Below, piece by piece: positions 29,224 through 40,286 of a stretch of DNA of 64,000 nt. The position numbers and the translations under genes were made by a program. Source of the stretch: an uncultured Gemmatimonadaceae bacterium (GTDB lineage Bacteria > Gemmatimonadota > Gemmatimonadetes > Gemmatimonadales > Gemmatimonadaceae); contig OY970320.1 of NCBI GenBank assembly GCA_963716745.1, forward strand, positions 960,001-1,024,000, written 5' to 3'. The number at the start of each line of letters is the position of its first letter. The stretch's first letter is position 1. The notes under the pieces were generated by a model that ran no database searches, was not told where the DNA came from, and saw nothing but the letters and a program-made list of their open reading frames with translations.

Positions 29224-30600
29224 CTAGAGGAGCGTTCCGTGCAGGATGAGCAAAGCAACCGAGAAATAGATGATCAGCCCCGTGACGTCCACAAGGGTGG
29301 CGACGAAGGGAGCCGATGCGCTCGCGGGATCGAAGCCGAAGCGGCGCAGCAAGAAGGGGAGCATCGAGCCGGCGAGCGAGCCGAAGGTCACGACGCCCAC
29401 GAGCGCAGTGCCCACGGTGAACGCGACGAGGAGATAGTGCTCGCCGTAGCTGTACCATCCGAGTTTCTGCCAGAGCACGATGCGAATGACGCCGATCGTG
29501 CCGAGGATGGAGCCGAGCGCGATGCCCGAGGGCAGTTCGCGCATCGCGACGCGCCACCAATCCTTGAGCGTGAGCTCGCGCAGCGCCATTGCGCGGATGA
29601 TGAGCGAGGTGGCCTGCGAACCGGAATTGCCGCCGGAACTGATGATGAGCGGAATGAACAGCGCGAGCACAACGGCTTTGCTGATCTCGCCCTCGAAATA
29701 ACCCATCGCCGTAGCGGTGAGCATCTCGCCGAAGAACAGCGCCGAAAGCCAGCCGGCGCGCTTCTTGATCATCGCGACGAATCCCACCTGCGTGTATGGC
29801 TCGTCCAGGGCCTCGACGCCTCCGAGCTGTTGGATGTCCTTGGTCTGTTCGCGGATCAGCGCATCGATCACGTCGTCAACGGTGACGATGCCGATCACGT
29901 GATTCGTGTCGTCCACCACCGGCACGGCGAGCAGGTTGTACTTGGAGATGAGCCGCGCGACATCTTCGCGCGGCATGCTGGGCGTCACCGTGAGCGGCGT
30001 GACCCCCGTGCTGATCCGTCCGACCGCGGCGCCCGGCTCCGCGAGCACGAGGTCGCGCAGCGACACGACGTGGACGAGGCGCTGGTCCGACGGGTCGAGC
30101 ACGTACACGGCGTACACCGTTTCCTTGCCGCGCGCCACCTCGCGGATCTTCTCGAGCGCGCGCTGCGCGCTCCAGTCGGCGGGCACCGCCATGAATTCGG
30201 TGGTCATCAGTCCGCCCGCGACATCGGACGGATACTTGAGCAAGCTGATCAGCGCTTCGCGCGTGGGTGCGGTGAGGGTCGGCAGCAGACGCTCGCGCTC
30301 CGCGGGTTCCAGCTCGCGGAAGAGATCCGCCTGCTGGTCGGCCGCCATCGCTTCGATCACCGGCGCCGCGCGTCCGCCCTCAAGCCCTTTGAACAGGACC
30401 GCCTTGCTCTCGAGCTCCGGTTCGTCGAACACGCGCACGATCAAGTCGAACGGCAGTGCGCAGAGCACCGCCGCCGCCGCGGGAGGTTCGAGATGGTTGA
30501 GCGAATCCGCCACGTCGGCGCTGCGCATGGTGGAGAGCGTCTGCGCGAATTCGGCGGAGTCGCCGGCGAGCAGATAGAGGAGTTCGGGAGGGGCGGTCAT
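29224..30600 (-). CDS. mgtE: Magnesium transporter MgtE
   Basis: AGGLMTTE, CBS pair, GIVTVDD, GGNSGSQ, DPASASAPFVATLVDVTG; ATG at 30600. Confidence 0.93.
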   Translation of the reverse strand: MTAPPELLYLLAGDSAEFAQTLSTMRSADVADSLNHLEPPAAAAVLCALPFDLIVRVFDEPELESKAVLFKGLEGGRAAPVIEAMAADQQADLFRELEPAERERLLPTLTAPTREALISLLKYPSDVAGGLMTTEFMAVPADWSAQRALEKIREVARGKETVYAVYVLDPSDQRLVHVVSLRDLVLAEPGAAVGRISTGVTPLTVTPSMPREDVARLISKYNLLAVPVVDDTNHVIGIVTVDDVIDALIREQTKDIQQLGGVEALDEPYTQVGFVAMIKKRAGWLSALFFGEMLTATAMGYFEGEISKAVVLALFIPLIISSGGNSGSQATSLIIRAMALRELTLKDWWRVAMRELPSGIALGSILGTIGVIRIVLWQKLGWYSYGEHYLLVAFTVGTALVGVVTFGSLAGSMLPFLLRRFGFDPASASAPFVATLVDVTGLIIYFSVALLILHGTLL

Positions 30601-31841
30601 GTGGTCGCTCCACGGGCGGGACTGCGTTCGCCGCGCCAGGCGGCGTAGAGCCAGATCAGGCCGCCGAGAGCGACGGCGAAGGGGATGATCATCACGGCGC
30701 CCTGCAGCGTGCCGCGATCGGAGAGATAGCCGATGATCGCCGGCGACGGGCCGTCGCCCAGCACGTGGATCGCGAAGATCGAAAGCGCCATGGACGCGGC
30801 GCGCATGGTGGGCTGCACCAATCCCAAGATGCTCGAGTTCACCGGCCCGGTGCTGAGGAAGATGAGGAGTTCCGCGGCGAACAACGCGTACAGATAGAGC
30901 GGCGCCGGCAGCGTGAACGCCAGATACGCGAGCGGCGCGGCGAGCAGCGTGCTCGCACCCGACAGCCAGAGATACGCCTGCCGCCACCGCCGCAGCATGC
31001 GGTCGCCCAGCCATCCGCCGGCGAGCGAACCAGTGAAACCGGTGATCACGGTGATGATGCCCAGCTGGTTGTTCGCCGCCGCGAGCCCGAGGTGATGCAC
31101 GCGCTCCAGGAACGCCGGCATCCACACGGAGATGCCGCCCAATCCGAAGGTGTATGCCGCATAGCCGAGGATCACGAGCATGTACGGTCTGTTCTTGAGG
31201 AGCGTTAGGTAATTGCCGAAGCCGGCGGCCGCGCCTTTCGCCGCGCGCTCGGTGGCTTCGGGCAAGCGCAGTGCGAGCAACGCGAGGATGAGTCCAGGCA
31301 CGCCAGCGATGAAGAACGCGTAGCGCCATCCATAGTGCGCGCCGATCTGACCGCCGAGCACATAGCCGAGCGCCGCGCCCGCCGGCGTGGCCGCGTAGAA
31401 TATCGCGAGCACGCGGCCGCGCATCGCCGCCGGAAAGTGGTCCGCCAGGAGCGCGGGCGCGATGGTCGCATACGCCGCCTCGCCGATGCCGACCATCGCG
31501 CGCGACGCGAGCAGGAATCCGAAGCTCGTCGCGATGCCGCCCAGCGCGGTCGCGATGCTCCACACCCCGACGCCGAGCGCGAGGAGCTTGGGGCGGTGGC
31601 CGCGGTCACCGAACACGCCGAAGAACGGAGCGGTGAGCGTGTACACGAGGAGGAACGCGGTGGTGAGCAGCCCGAGCTGCACATCGGAGGGCTGCAGTTC
31701 GGAGCGCTTCAGCTCATCCATCACGGCCGGCACGATGAACCGGTCGATGTAATTCAGGAGATTGATGAGCGTGAGCACCACGAGGGCGACCCACGCGGCA
31801 CGCGGCGCTCGTTCCCCGGCTGCCTCGCGCGCCGGAGTCAC
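30597..31841 (-). CDS. MFS transporter, Spinster-like
   Basis: INLLNYIDRF, RAMVGIGEA, IHVLGDGPSP. Confidence 0.88.
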   Translation of the reverse strand: MTPAREAAGERAPRAAWVALVVLTLINLLNYIDRFIVPAVMDELKRSELQPSDVQLGLLTTAFLLVYTLTAPFFGVFGDRGHRPKLLALGVGVWSIATALGGIATSFGFLLASRAMVGIGEAAYATIAPALLADHFPAAMRGRVLAIFYAATPAGAALGYVLGGQIGAHYGWRYAFFIAGVPGLILALLALRLPEATERAAKGAAAGFGNYLTLLKNRPYMLVILGYAAYTFGLGGISVWMPAFLERVHHLGLAAANNQLGIITVITGFTGSLAGGWLGDRMLRRWRQAYLWLSGASTLLAAPLAYLAFTLPAPLYLYALFAAELLIFLSTGPVNSSILGLVQPTMRAASMALSIFAIHVLGDGPSPAIIGYLSDRGTLQGAVMIIPFAVALGGLIWLYAAWRGERSPARGATT

Positions 31842-31847
31842 GCGCGA

Positions 31848-32969
31848 CTACTTCTCGTCCAGAGCGCGCAGCACTTCGCGATCGAACTGCACGGCGAGCC
31901 CCTCGCGCGGTGCGTACGGACTCGGCGCGTACATCCGGCTCGCGACGCCGAGCTGGCTCAACTCGGACACGTGCCAATCCTGGAGATTCACTTCGTCCCA
32001 GAACTTCACGGCGTCGTCCGGATCGAACTTGCCGCTCGCGATGGTGTCCGGGTGGAAATGCCATTCGCACACGAGCTTCGTGCGCGTGGGCGAGATCGGC
32101 CAGAGCGTATGGAACAGTCCGTAGTCGGGCAGCAGACTGAACAGCAGGTTCGGGAAGATCGAGTAGTACCACGCCTGCTGCTTCCCATCGGCGGGCGTAT
32201 CGCTGAGCGGGACGCCGCACATGTTGCCGCTCACGGTGAGGCTGCCGCCCGGCTGCGTGATCTCCATGAATCCGCCGAGGAACGGCCCGTCGAACAGGTC
32301 GTTCTCGCCGCTCGTGGGCGGCGTGAGCTTCACGAGCTGCGGATGCACGCCGGTGCAGTGATAGCACTCGGAATAATTCTGATGGATGAGCTTCCAGTTC
32401 GCCTTGATGTCGTACTCGATGCGGCGGTGGAGCACGAGCTCGGGCAGTCCGAAGCGCGCGAAGCGGCCGAACATCGGCGCGAACGCCTCGGCGAACGGCT
32501 CGGGCTCTCTCGAAAGATTGATGAAGATGAATCCTTCCCACTCCTCGGTGGCCGCCGCGTGGAGCGGATAATCCTTCTTGTCAAAATCCTCGAGGCCGCC
32601 CATGTGCGGTGCGGAACGGCACTGGCCGTCGAGCGTGTAGCTCCAGGCGTGATAGGGGCACGTGATCGCGCCGCCGAAATTCCCGCGCAACTCTTCGCAC
32701 ATGCGCGTGCCGCGATGACGGCACACGTTGAAGAACGCGCGCAGCGCACCGGCGTCATCGCGGGTGACGATGATGCTCTCGTTGCCGATCTCGCGAGTGA
32801 TGAAATCGCCCGGTCTCGCCAGTTCGCTCACGCGGCCGGCGCAGATCCATCGCCGCTGGAAGATGCGATCGATCTCGCGCGCGTAGATCTCGGGCGAGGT
32901 GTAGTTGCGCCCGGGCATCGTGCGCGCGCCCTGCGTGCCGAGTTGGTTGGCCTTGAGGAAGGTGCCCAT
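31848..32969 (-). CDS. Rieske non-heme iron oxygenase alpha subunit (choline monooxygenase-like)
   Basis: NVCRHRG...CPYHAW Rieske motif; NYSECYHC..VHP mononuclear iron site. Confidence 0.92.
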   Translation of the reverse strand: MGTFLKANQLGTQGARTMPGRNYTSPEIYAREIDRIFQRRWICAGRVSELARPGDFITREIGNESIIVTRDDAGALRAFFNVCRHRGTRMCEELRGNFGGAITCPYHAWSYTLDGQCRSAPHMGGLEDFDKKDYPLHAAATEEWEGFIFINLSREPEPFAEAFAPMFGRFARFGLPELVLHRRIEYDIKANWKLIHQNYSECYHCTGVHPQLVKLTPPTSGENDLFDGPFLGGFMEITQPGGSLTVSGNMCGVPLSDTPADGKQQAWYYSIFPNLLFSLLPDYGLFHTLWPISPTRTKLVCEWHFHPDTIASGKFDPDDAVKFWDEVNLQDWHVSELSQLGVASRMYAPSPYAPREGLAVQFDREVLRALDEK

Positions 32970-33110
32970 GCTGGTCTCCGGGAGTTCTTGCGCCCGCCCT
33001 AATCTGAACCGCGGACGGCCGCCGGGAAAGCGGGGCCGGGCGAACTGGCCAGGGCGCGCGACAGGCCGCAGATTCGCGGAAGCGCAGTCCTTCTCTCACC
33101 CGGTCGCAAC

Positions 33111-33467
33111 ATGATCTCGGTATTCTACATCCTCATCGGCCTCGCAGCCGGCGTCCTCGCAGGCCTCTTCGGGATCGGCGGCGGCATCCTGATCATCCCG
33201 GCGCTGGTGCTGCTCCTGAAGATGGACCCGCAGACGGCGACCGGCACGTCGCTCGGCGCGCTGCTGCTTCCCGTGGGTGCACTCGGCGCGTGGGCCTTTT
33301 GGAAACGCGGCCACGTGGACATCAACGGTTCGCTGCTGCTGGCGCTGGGACTCTTCGTCGGCGCGTATTTTGGCGCGCAGCTGAATCAGACGTTGTCCCC
33401 CGAGAGCGCGCGGCGGGCGTTCGCAGTGTTCCTGGTGTTGGTGGCTGGGAAAATGTGGGTGGGCTAG
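33111..33467 (+). CDS. TauE/SafE (TSUP) family membrane protein, half-size
   Basis: GLFGIGGGILIIP, ATGTSL. Confidence 0.85.
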   Translation: MISVFYILIGLAAGVLAGLFGIGGGILIIPALVLLLKMDPQTATGTSLGALLLPVGALGAWAFWKRGHVDINGSLLLALGLFVGAYFGAQLNQTLSPESARRAFAVFLVLVAGKMWVG

Positions 33468-33469
33468 GA

Positions 33470-33578
33470 CGCGGGGCGCGGGGCTCGGGACTCGCCGCGG
33501 GATGTCGGGAAAAGCGACGTTGAGACCAGCGCGCCGTTCTCGCGTCCCGCGGCGCGTCCCGCGTCCCGCATCCCGCGC
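33470..33578. repeat. Palindromic element, family A/B variant
   Basis: gcggggcgcggggctcgggactcgccgcggga ... tcccgcggcgcgtcccgcgtcccgcatcccgcg; lies between convergent genes. Confidence 0.8.
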
Positions 33579-33587
33579 AGTTTTAGT

Positions 33588-35627
33588 TCAGTGGTTGACC
33601 CCCACCGTAAGCCCCGCGAAGTAGATGCGCTGCGGGGCCGGTTCGTAGTATTGGCCGCCGGTGGCGTTCACGACAACTGAGCCCACGTAGCGCGCGCCGA
33701 ACACGTTCGATACGCCGATCACCGGTTGGAGCCACGGGCGTCCGAAGAGCGCCGTGCCGCCCGCGCGCAGGTTCACCACCACGTAGCCCGGCGCCGACGC
33801 GGTGTTCGCGTCGTCCGCCCACACGGAGCTCTTGCCCACCACTTCGGCGGTGCCGAACAGGCTGTGCCAGTGGTACGTGCTCTGCACCTGCACCACGTTC
33901 TCGGGCACACCGGGCACGGTGTTGCCATCGTAACGGCTCGAGTCGACGACGAAATCCACGAACTGGAAGCGCGACAGACTGTAGGCGAAGCCGAACTCCA
34001 CGGGGCCGACATTCGTGTTGACGCCGAATTCGACCCCAAGTCGTCGCGTGCGGCCGGCGTTGCGGTAATACACTCGGCCGCCGCCGCCCACCACCTGGTA
34101 CGGGATGAGTTCCTGTTGCACTTCGGTATCGTAGAGCGCGAGATCGTACGCCCACTTCGCGCTCAGGATACCCTTGGCGCCGATCTCGTAGTTCCACGAG
34201 TGTTGCGGCTTGAGATCGGGATTGATGCCGGCGCTGCCATCAGGGTGATTCGCGAGTTCGGTCGCCGTCGGCGTCTCGAATCCCGCCGCGATATTCGCAT
34301 ACAGCGAGTGCAGCGGCGCGATGCGCGCGACGATGCCGAACATCGGACTCACGGCGCTCATGGTCGTGTGACCGGAGTTGTCGCCGTCGGAAAGGAAGTG
34401 GTCGTCCACGGTGAACTTGGTCAGATCGCCGCGGAGCCCAAGCGTGAGCGTGTAATCGCGCGCGACCTCCAGTTCGTCGCGCACGTAGGGGCCGGCCGTG
34501 GACACGATCTCCGTTTGATCGAGCGTGAGCGTGCCCTTTGTCATCGGGAGCACGGGACACGCGGCGGTGGGCGTGACGACGCCGTTGCAATTGTTCCAAT
34601 TCTGCCGGTCGTCATTCTGAAGTGAAGCGTCGATGCCGGCGGTGAATCGATTCAGCAATGTTCCAAGATGCCCGGGCCAGATGCCGCGAACGGACCCGCC
34701 ATAGGAGAATCGGTCGACGTTCACCACGCCGAAGGTGAGCGGATTGTACAGATCGCGCGTGCCGCCGAAGAGTTGCGCGGAGATCACGCCACCGCTGTCC
34801 GTGGCGCGCTGCGCCGAGAGTCCCACCTGGATCTGCTTGACCGCCTTGGAGGCATTCTTCAGCACCGAGCGCGGGTCGGCCATGCGCGGATTCGAATCCA
34901 GCTCGGCTTTGGTGAGCGCGCCCGGATTCTGCGCGAGCGGCATGTCGAGTCCCATGGCCTGCACGCCCAGGTCCCACTTCCCCGCGGCGAGCAGCGCGTG
35001 GCCGTAGCCGTTCGTGAGCTGCACGCTTGCGTGTTCGCGATAGCCGTCGCTGCTCGTGTAGCCGTAGTTCGCATCCCACCCACCGCCGGCGTACGCACCG
35101 CCGAGTACGCCGGTGAGTCGTTCGGAGTTGTAGCCGGCGAACGATGTGCGCACCTCGCCGGCAAGCGGATCCACCGGCGGCGGCGCGGAACGGAAATCGA
35201 TCACACCGCCGCTCGCGTTGCCATACAGTGAACTCGCCGCGCCGCGCATCGCCTCGATCCGGCCGATGTCCTCGAGATCCAGATAGTCAATCGGCGTCTG
35301 CCCATCGGGGAGCGTGAGCGGCATGCCGTCGCGCAGGATGCGAATGCCGCGCACGCCGAAGGACGAACGCGCGCCCACGCCGCGGATCGAGATGCGCGGA
35401 TCCTGCGACGGATTCGTGCGATCCGAGATGACGACGCCATTCAGCGCCAGCCCGGTCTCGCTGAGCTGCACATGCCGCTGGCCCGGCCGCTGGCTGTCGG
35501 GCGTTTGCGCACTGATCGCGTATGGCAGGTCGAGGGTCGACTGCCCCGCGTCACGCGCGACGGTGACGACGGGGGCGAGTTTCTGCGCGACGGCGCTGTC
35601 TGCTTGCGCGCACGCCGCGAAGGGCAT
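33588..35627 (-). CDS. TonB-dependent receptor (YncD-like)
   Basis: Plug SIRGVGARSSFGVRGI..DGMPLTLPDGQ, RGAASSLYGNASGGVI; C-terminal YYEPAPQR. Confidence 0.9.
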   Translation of the reverse strand: MPFAACAQADSAVAQKLAPVVTVARDAGQSTLDLPYAISAQTPDSQRPGQRHVQLSETGLALNGVVISDRTNPSQDPRISIRGVGARSSFGVRGIRILRDGMPLTLPDGQTPIDYLDLEDIGRIEAMRGAASSLYGNASGGVIDFRSAPPPVDPLAGEVRTSFAGYNSERLTGVLGGAYAGGGWDANYGYTSSDGYREHASVQLTNGYGHALLAAGKWDLGVQAMGLDMPLAQNPGALTKAELDSNPRMADPRSVLKNASKAVKQIQVGLSAQRATDSGGVISAQLFGGTRDLYNPLTFGVVNVDRFSYGGSVRGIWPGHLGTLLNRFTAGIDASLQNDDRQNWNNCNGVVTPTAACPVLPMTKGTLTLDQTEIVSTAGPYVRDELEVARDYTLTLGLRGDLTKFTVDDHFLSDGDNSGHTTMSAVSPMFGIVARIAPLHSLYANIAAGFETPTATELANHPDGSAGINPDLKPQHSWNYEIGAKGILSAKWAYDLALYDTEVQQELIPYQVVGGGGRVYYRNAGRTRRLGVEFGVNTNVGPVEFGFAYSLSRFQFVDFVVDSSRYDGNTVPGVPENVVQVQSTYHWHSLFGTAEVVGKSSVWADDANTASAPGYVVVNLRAGGTALFGRPWLQPVIGVSNVFGARYVGSVVVNATGGQYYEPAPQRIYFAGLTVGVNH

Positions 35628-35685
35628 TCGCCATGGACGCGAGGACTAAGAGATCTCGGCGCATGGGGCGAATCTATCCGTACTA

Positions 35686-35787
35686 CGCGGGAAGCGGGAA
35701 GCGGGAAGCGCCGCGATGAGCGGGAACAGATGAGGGGCCCTCGTCAGTTCTCGCATCATCGCGGCGCTTCCCGCTTCCCGCTTCCCG
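35686..35787. repeat. Palindromic element, family A
   Basis: cgcgggaagcgggaagcgggaagcgccgcgatga ... tcatcgcggcgcttcccgcttcccgcttcccg. Confidence 0.9.
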
Positions 35788-35793
35788 AGCACT

Positions 35794-37936
35794 TCAGTTG
35801 CTCCTCCCCCCGCGCACCACGGTCAGTGAGTACGGCGCCACGATGAGCGCCGCACCTGCGTTGAGTGTAGAGCGCTCCGGCGGCTGATCGACGGTGGGAG
35901 CGCCGTTCTCTCCGGCAGCGTGCCAGACATACTGTTTGCTGGAGAATCGGATCACCGTGCGCGCGCCGTTCATCGCGCCGCCATAGCGGCTGCCGAACTT
36001 CAGCGACACGCGGTAGCTATGAAGCGGATCCTTGTTCACGAGCAGCGTGCTCCAGCTGCCGTCCGGCCGGTGGAGCACGTACGCCGAGAGCACTTCGTTG
36101 CCGAGCGAATCGCGCGCGTCGCTCTCGGCGGCGAACATTCCGTTCTTGCCCTCGAGCGCGGGCCAGTCGCGAGTCAACATGCGTGCGCCATGGTAGGTCG
36201 CGGTGTTGAAGCGGATCTTCCGGTCCTGTCCGGCAAGGAAGAGCATGTTGTTCCCCCACGAGTCGCAGTGCGGAGCGCGCTCGAGCCAGCTCGGCTCCCA
36301 GCCGTACAGATACGCCGTGCTCCCGCCGAGCGAGAGGAATCGGCCGACGATGTCGGCGTTGAGCAGCGCGCCTTCGATGTCCACCTCGGCGCGGCCGGCG
36401 AAGGCGGAATAGCCGTACTCCGCGATCACGCGCGGGATCGCGGCGGGCATTCCATCCTTCTCCACCTGGGCGAGGCGGTCGGTGAGACGCGCCGACGCCG
36501 CGGCGAGCTGCGGCGCGTACGGTCCGCAGATATCGTCGTACGGATACCACTCGAACGAGAAGAAGGTGAGATCGCCGGGACGCCCGCGCGCGCGCAGCGT
36601 GCGCATGAAGCGCGGGATCCACGGATCGCCCGCGCTGTCGTTGGGCCATGCGAACATCACGCGGCTCTCGAGCCCCTGCATGCTGGGACCGCCGAGTTGC
36701 GCATCGGGGCGTGCGGCGCGCAATGCGCGCGCGAATTGCGTGTAGAGCTCGCCGTAATCTTCGGGCGCGATGTACTGTCCGTCGGGCTCTTCGCCCATCT
36801 CGATGCGGCCAACGGCGTACCCGCGCTTCGCGAGAAAGCGGAGCTCCGCCACTGCATTCTCCGGCGTGCCATAGAGCACCGGCACAGGGATCATCGCGGG
36901 GCGGCCGCCCGTGAGTCCGCTCGTGAAGATCCGGTCGAAGCCGGGCTGCTCGAGGTCGAGATCGATATCCTCGGCGCGGTGCCAGGGATCCGTGGTGGAA
37001 GCGTAGGCGGTCGATTGCTTCTCGCGCGCTGGGGCGTGGCGCACGACATCGCGCAGCGTCGTGCCCTTCATCGTACCGATCTCGATCTCGCGGATCGCGT
37101 AGCCGGCGGAGTCTCGCGCGTCTTCGGCGAATCGCGGCGCGGCTCTCGCGCTCTGTGTCATGACGATGCGCACGAAGCGCGCGGTCACGCTGTCCTGCGA
37201 GAGACGGCGCAGTTCGATGCCGCCGCGTCCGTCATGTTCATCGCCGCCGCCGAACGTCACCCAACGGCCGGGCGGATTCTCGTCCACGTCGTTCACGATC
37301 ACGCCGCGCCAGTACTGCACGCGGAACGCCGCGGCCCACGGCACGCCCCAGTGGATGCGAATGCGCATTCACCGGCAGCGCGCGGCCGAGGTCCACGATC
37401 ACCCACTGGGGATAGGTCGAATCGGGAAGGCCGGTGAAGCGATGATCGAGGTACGGATTGCTCTTCCAGAATGTCGCGGTATCGCCGTCGTCGAGCCGGG
37501 AATAGCCGGTGTTGTCCGCCTGGTCGATCGAATTGCCCCGGCGCGGAAGGCGGTAGCCGTGCGCGAGGAGGATCGGGGTCGCCGAGGAATCGTCGGACGT
37601 CCAGTAGCCGCGGCGATGCGCGCTGTCGCTCCAGCGGCCGCTCGGATTCCAATGCCACGCTTCGATGCCGAGTTCGGTGCGCAGGCGAAGCGTTGCGAGC
37701 GAGAAGCCGGCATTCGACATCGCGCGGATATTCGCGGCGGTATAGATCTGTTTTATCGCGCCCTTCGCGTGGCCATCGAGGCCTGCGCCGAAGGTTTCGC
37801 GGGCGTCGAAGGTGTTTATTGCGGGGCGGTCGGAGCTGATCGTGATCGTCGCGTCGCGCGTTTGCGCGAGGGCGGGGGCGCAGAGGCATGCGAGCGTTAG
37901 AGCGACGGATATACTGCGGAAAGCGAACATCATCAC
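35794..37936 (-). CDS. Secreted discoidin (F5/8 type C)-containing glycoside-hydrolase-like protein (frameshift ~37370)
   Basis: Signal peptide; DDGDTATFWKS and QWVIVDLG (discoidin), EMGEEPDGQ and IAEYGYS (GH-A-like). Confidence 0.75.
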
Positions 37937-38180
37937 CAGAGCGCTTAGAATTGCAGTGAACAGTAAGCAGTGATCGAGTAACCGCCAGTCGACAGTCTAC
38001 AGTCAACAGGTCACAGAAGGCGGCGCCGCGCACATCGCAGGCTCATCGATGCCGATCCGCCGCCGAGAACCTGCGACGAGTGCGAAACCGTTTTCTGTGA
38101 CCTGTTGACTGTTGACTGTTGACTGGCAGTCACTCAAGGACTGTTGACTGTCTACTGCAATTCTAAGATCACTGGTGATG
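37922..38180. repeat. ~255-bp inverted-repeat element, family H (CTGTTGA heptamers), copy 1
   Basis: Arms cagtcaacaggtcacagaa and ttctgtgacctgttgactg; ends catcaccag ... ctggtgatg. Confidence 0.92.
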
Positions 38181-38229
38181 TAACCCGCCGCCCCCTGTGC
38201 GGCGCGATGCATCACATTTACCCTTCAGA

Positions 38230-39022
38230 ATGAAACTCGCGGCCGCCGCGCTACTGCTCCTCCTCTCAACACGCGCCGCCGCGCAGACAGAATATTTCAA
38301 TCTCGATCCCGGCCGCCCGCTCCGCGTGCAAGATGCCTACGCGATCGAGCGCTACGGTTGGGACCTTCAGATCGGGCCCCGTGGTCTCGGGTCCGTCGGG
38401 CTCGGGCTCTACTTGGGCGCTCGAGACCGCGCTCGCGTGGGGCGCATTTCCGCGCACGCAACTCGAGATCGCAGCACCACTCGCGTCCGCGCCGGCGGCG
38501 GCCGGCGGCCACACCACCGGACTCGACGGCCTCGAGCTGGGCGCACTCTACAATCTGAACACCGAGACCACTTCCCTTCCCGCATTCGCGGTCGCGGCGC
38601 ACGTCACTGCGCCCGTCGGCACGCTGGGTCCGGCGAGCGCATTGCTCATGATGGAGGGGATCGCCACGCGCAGTTGGAGCGGACTGCGCGCGCACCTCGA
38701 TGCGGCGGCGACGATCGGTCCGGCCGGCGGCGGCACCGGAGCGCTGGAGCGGCCCCGCTGGTTCGTCGGCGCCGCGCTCGATCACACGTGGCCGCTGAGC
38801 TCGGTGCTCGCGGCGGTCGAGATCGTCGCGCTGCAGCCGCTCGCCGATAGCAGCGCGATCGCGTGGAGCGCCGGCGCGGGCGCGCGCGTGCAGTGGACGC
38901 CCGTGCTCGTGCTCGACGGCGGCGTGAGCCGGCGATTCACCGGCGCGGACCAGGCGTGGAGCGCCACGCTAGGCATCACGTGGAGTTTCGCGGTGCGGAC
39001 TCTCATGCCGGTGCCCAGGTGA
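38230..39022 (+). CDS. Putative outer-membrane beta-barrel protein (frameshift ~38380)
   Basis: Signal peptide MKLAAAALLL, YFNLDPGRPLRVQDA, alternating beta-strand pattern ending LGITWSF. Confidence 0.65.
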
Positions 39023-40000
39023 GATCGCGCATCGTGGTCCTGCTGCTCGCGCTCGCGAGCGGGTGCGCGCGGCGCGCGCGCGCAGTGGTCCACGGTGTAC
39101 GAACAGGCGTATCTCCCCGGCACGTTCAATTGGCAATTCCATTCGAACTATCCGGCGGCCGAGCGGCTGTTCTACGCGTTCGACTATGGCCACGCGATCC
39201 TGTACGAGACGCTGCTCACGCGTGCGAACGCGGACACGTCGGCGCTCGAGACCGCAGCATTCGATTTCATCGTGGACACTTTGCTGCGCCATCCGCCGCG
39301 GTTGCCACTCGCCGAACGCGCGATCGATCCGGAATACGCGAAGCTCGTGCCGGAGGCGCAGGCGATGTTCGACTGGGCGCATCAGCTCCATCGTCAGATC
39401 TACGACGTCTGGAGCGATGACCGCATCCCGGTCGAGGACAAGGATGCGTGCGTCACCGAGTTGCTTCGCTACTACCGCTCGCGGCGCGATCTTGCTTTCA
39501 GCGCGCATCCCAAGAGCATGACGCTCATGGAGGGCCAGTCATATTCGCTCGCGTTCCGCAAACGCTATCCCAAGTTCAACGGCCTGATCTGGGCGTACCA
39601 CTGGCTGCAGGTGGGACTGTATGACGCGTTGCTGGCGGGCCGAACGCGTTCGGAGCGCGATGCGAACGTCGCGGCCGCGACGGCGCGCTTCTGGGAGATG
39701 ATCGCGCGGGCGCCCGCGCACATGCCGGAGATGATGCCGATGACGCCCGCCGTCGCGCCGCGTTTCACCGCGAGATATCCTGAGGCCGCGATCATTTTCG
39801 ACAATCTGCATGCGATGCATGATGTCGTGTCGGATATCCTTGCATCACCTTCGATCCCTCGCGACGCGAAACGGATCGCGATCCTCGCGGCGGCGGCGCG
39901 GTATCGGGATGATTCATCATTCGTCACGACCGAGCGCGAGTGGCGCGAGATGGCGACGATGATGGGGGCGGAGCGGATGGGTGGAGTTGCGGTGCCTTGA
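39019..40000 (+). CDS. Secreted His-rich helical hypothetical protein (frameshift near the 5' end)
   Basis: GTG start overlaps the upstream stop; main ORF 39095..40000 has four His-containing pseudo-repeats. Confidence 0.75.
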
Positions 40001-40009
40001 ACGTTCACG

Positions 40010-40275
40010 GCGAACAGCATCGCCAGCGCGCTTAGAATCGCAGTGAACAGTACACAGTGATCGAGTAACGGCCAGTCTACAGTCTACAGTCAACAGGTCA
40101 CAGAAGGCGGCGCCATGCATGTCGCAGGTTCATCGATGCCGATCCGGCGCCGTGGGACCTGCGACGAGTGTGAGACCGGTTTCTGTGACCTGTTGACTGT
40201 AGACTGTTGACTGGCAGTCACTCGGGGACTGTTGGCTGTTTACTGCAGCTCTCCGAACCTGGTGATGATGTTCGC
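40010..40275. repeat. Family H element, copy 2
   Basis: Colinear with and highly similar to 37922-38180, including the loop catcgatgccgatccg..acctgcgacgagtg. Confidence 0.92.
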
Positions 40276-40286
40276 AGTCCCGAACC

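Noticed and set aside
29224..31563. 779-aa MgtE with a long N-terminal extension
   Set aside because: The extension is an alternate frame of the MFS gene; the real start is the ATG at 30600.
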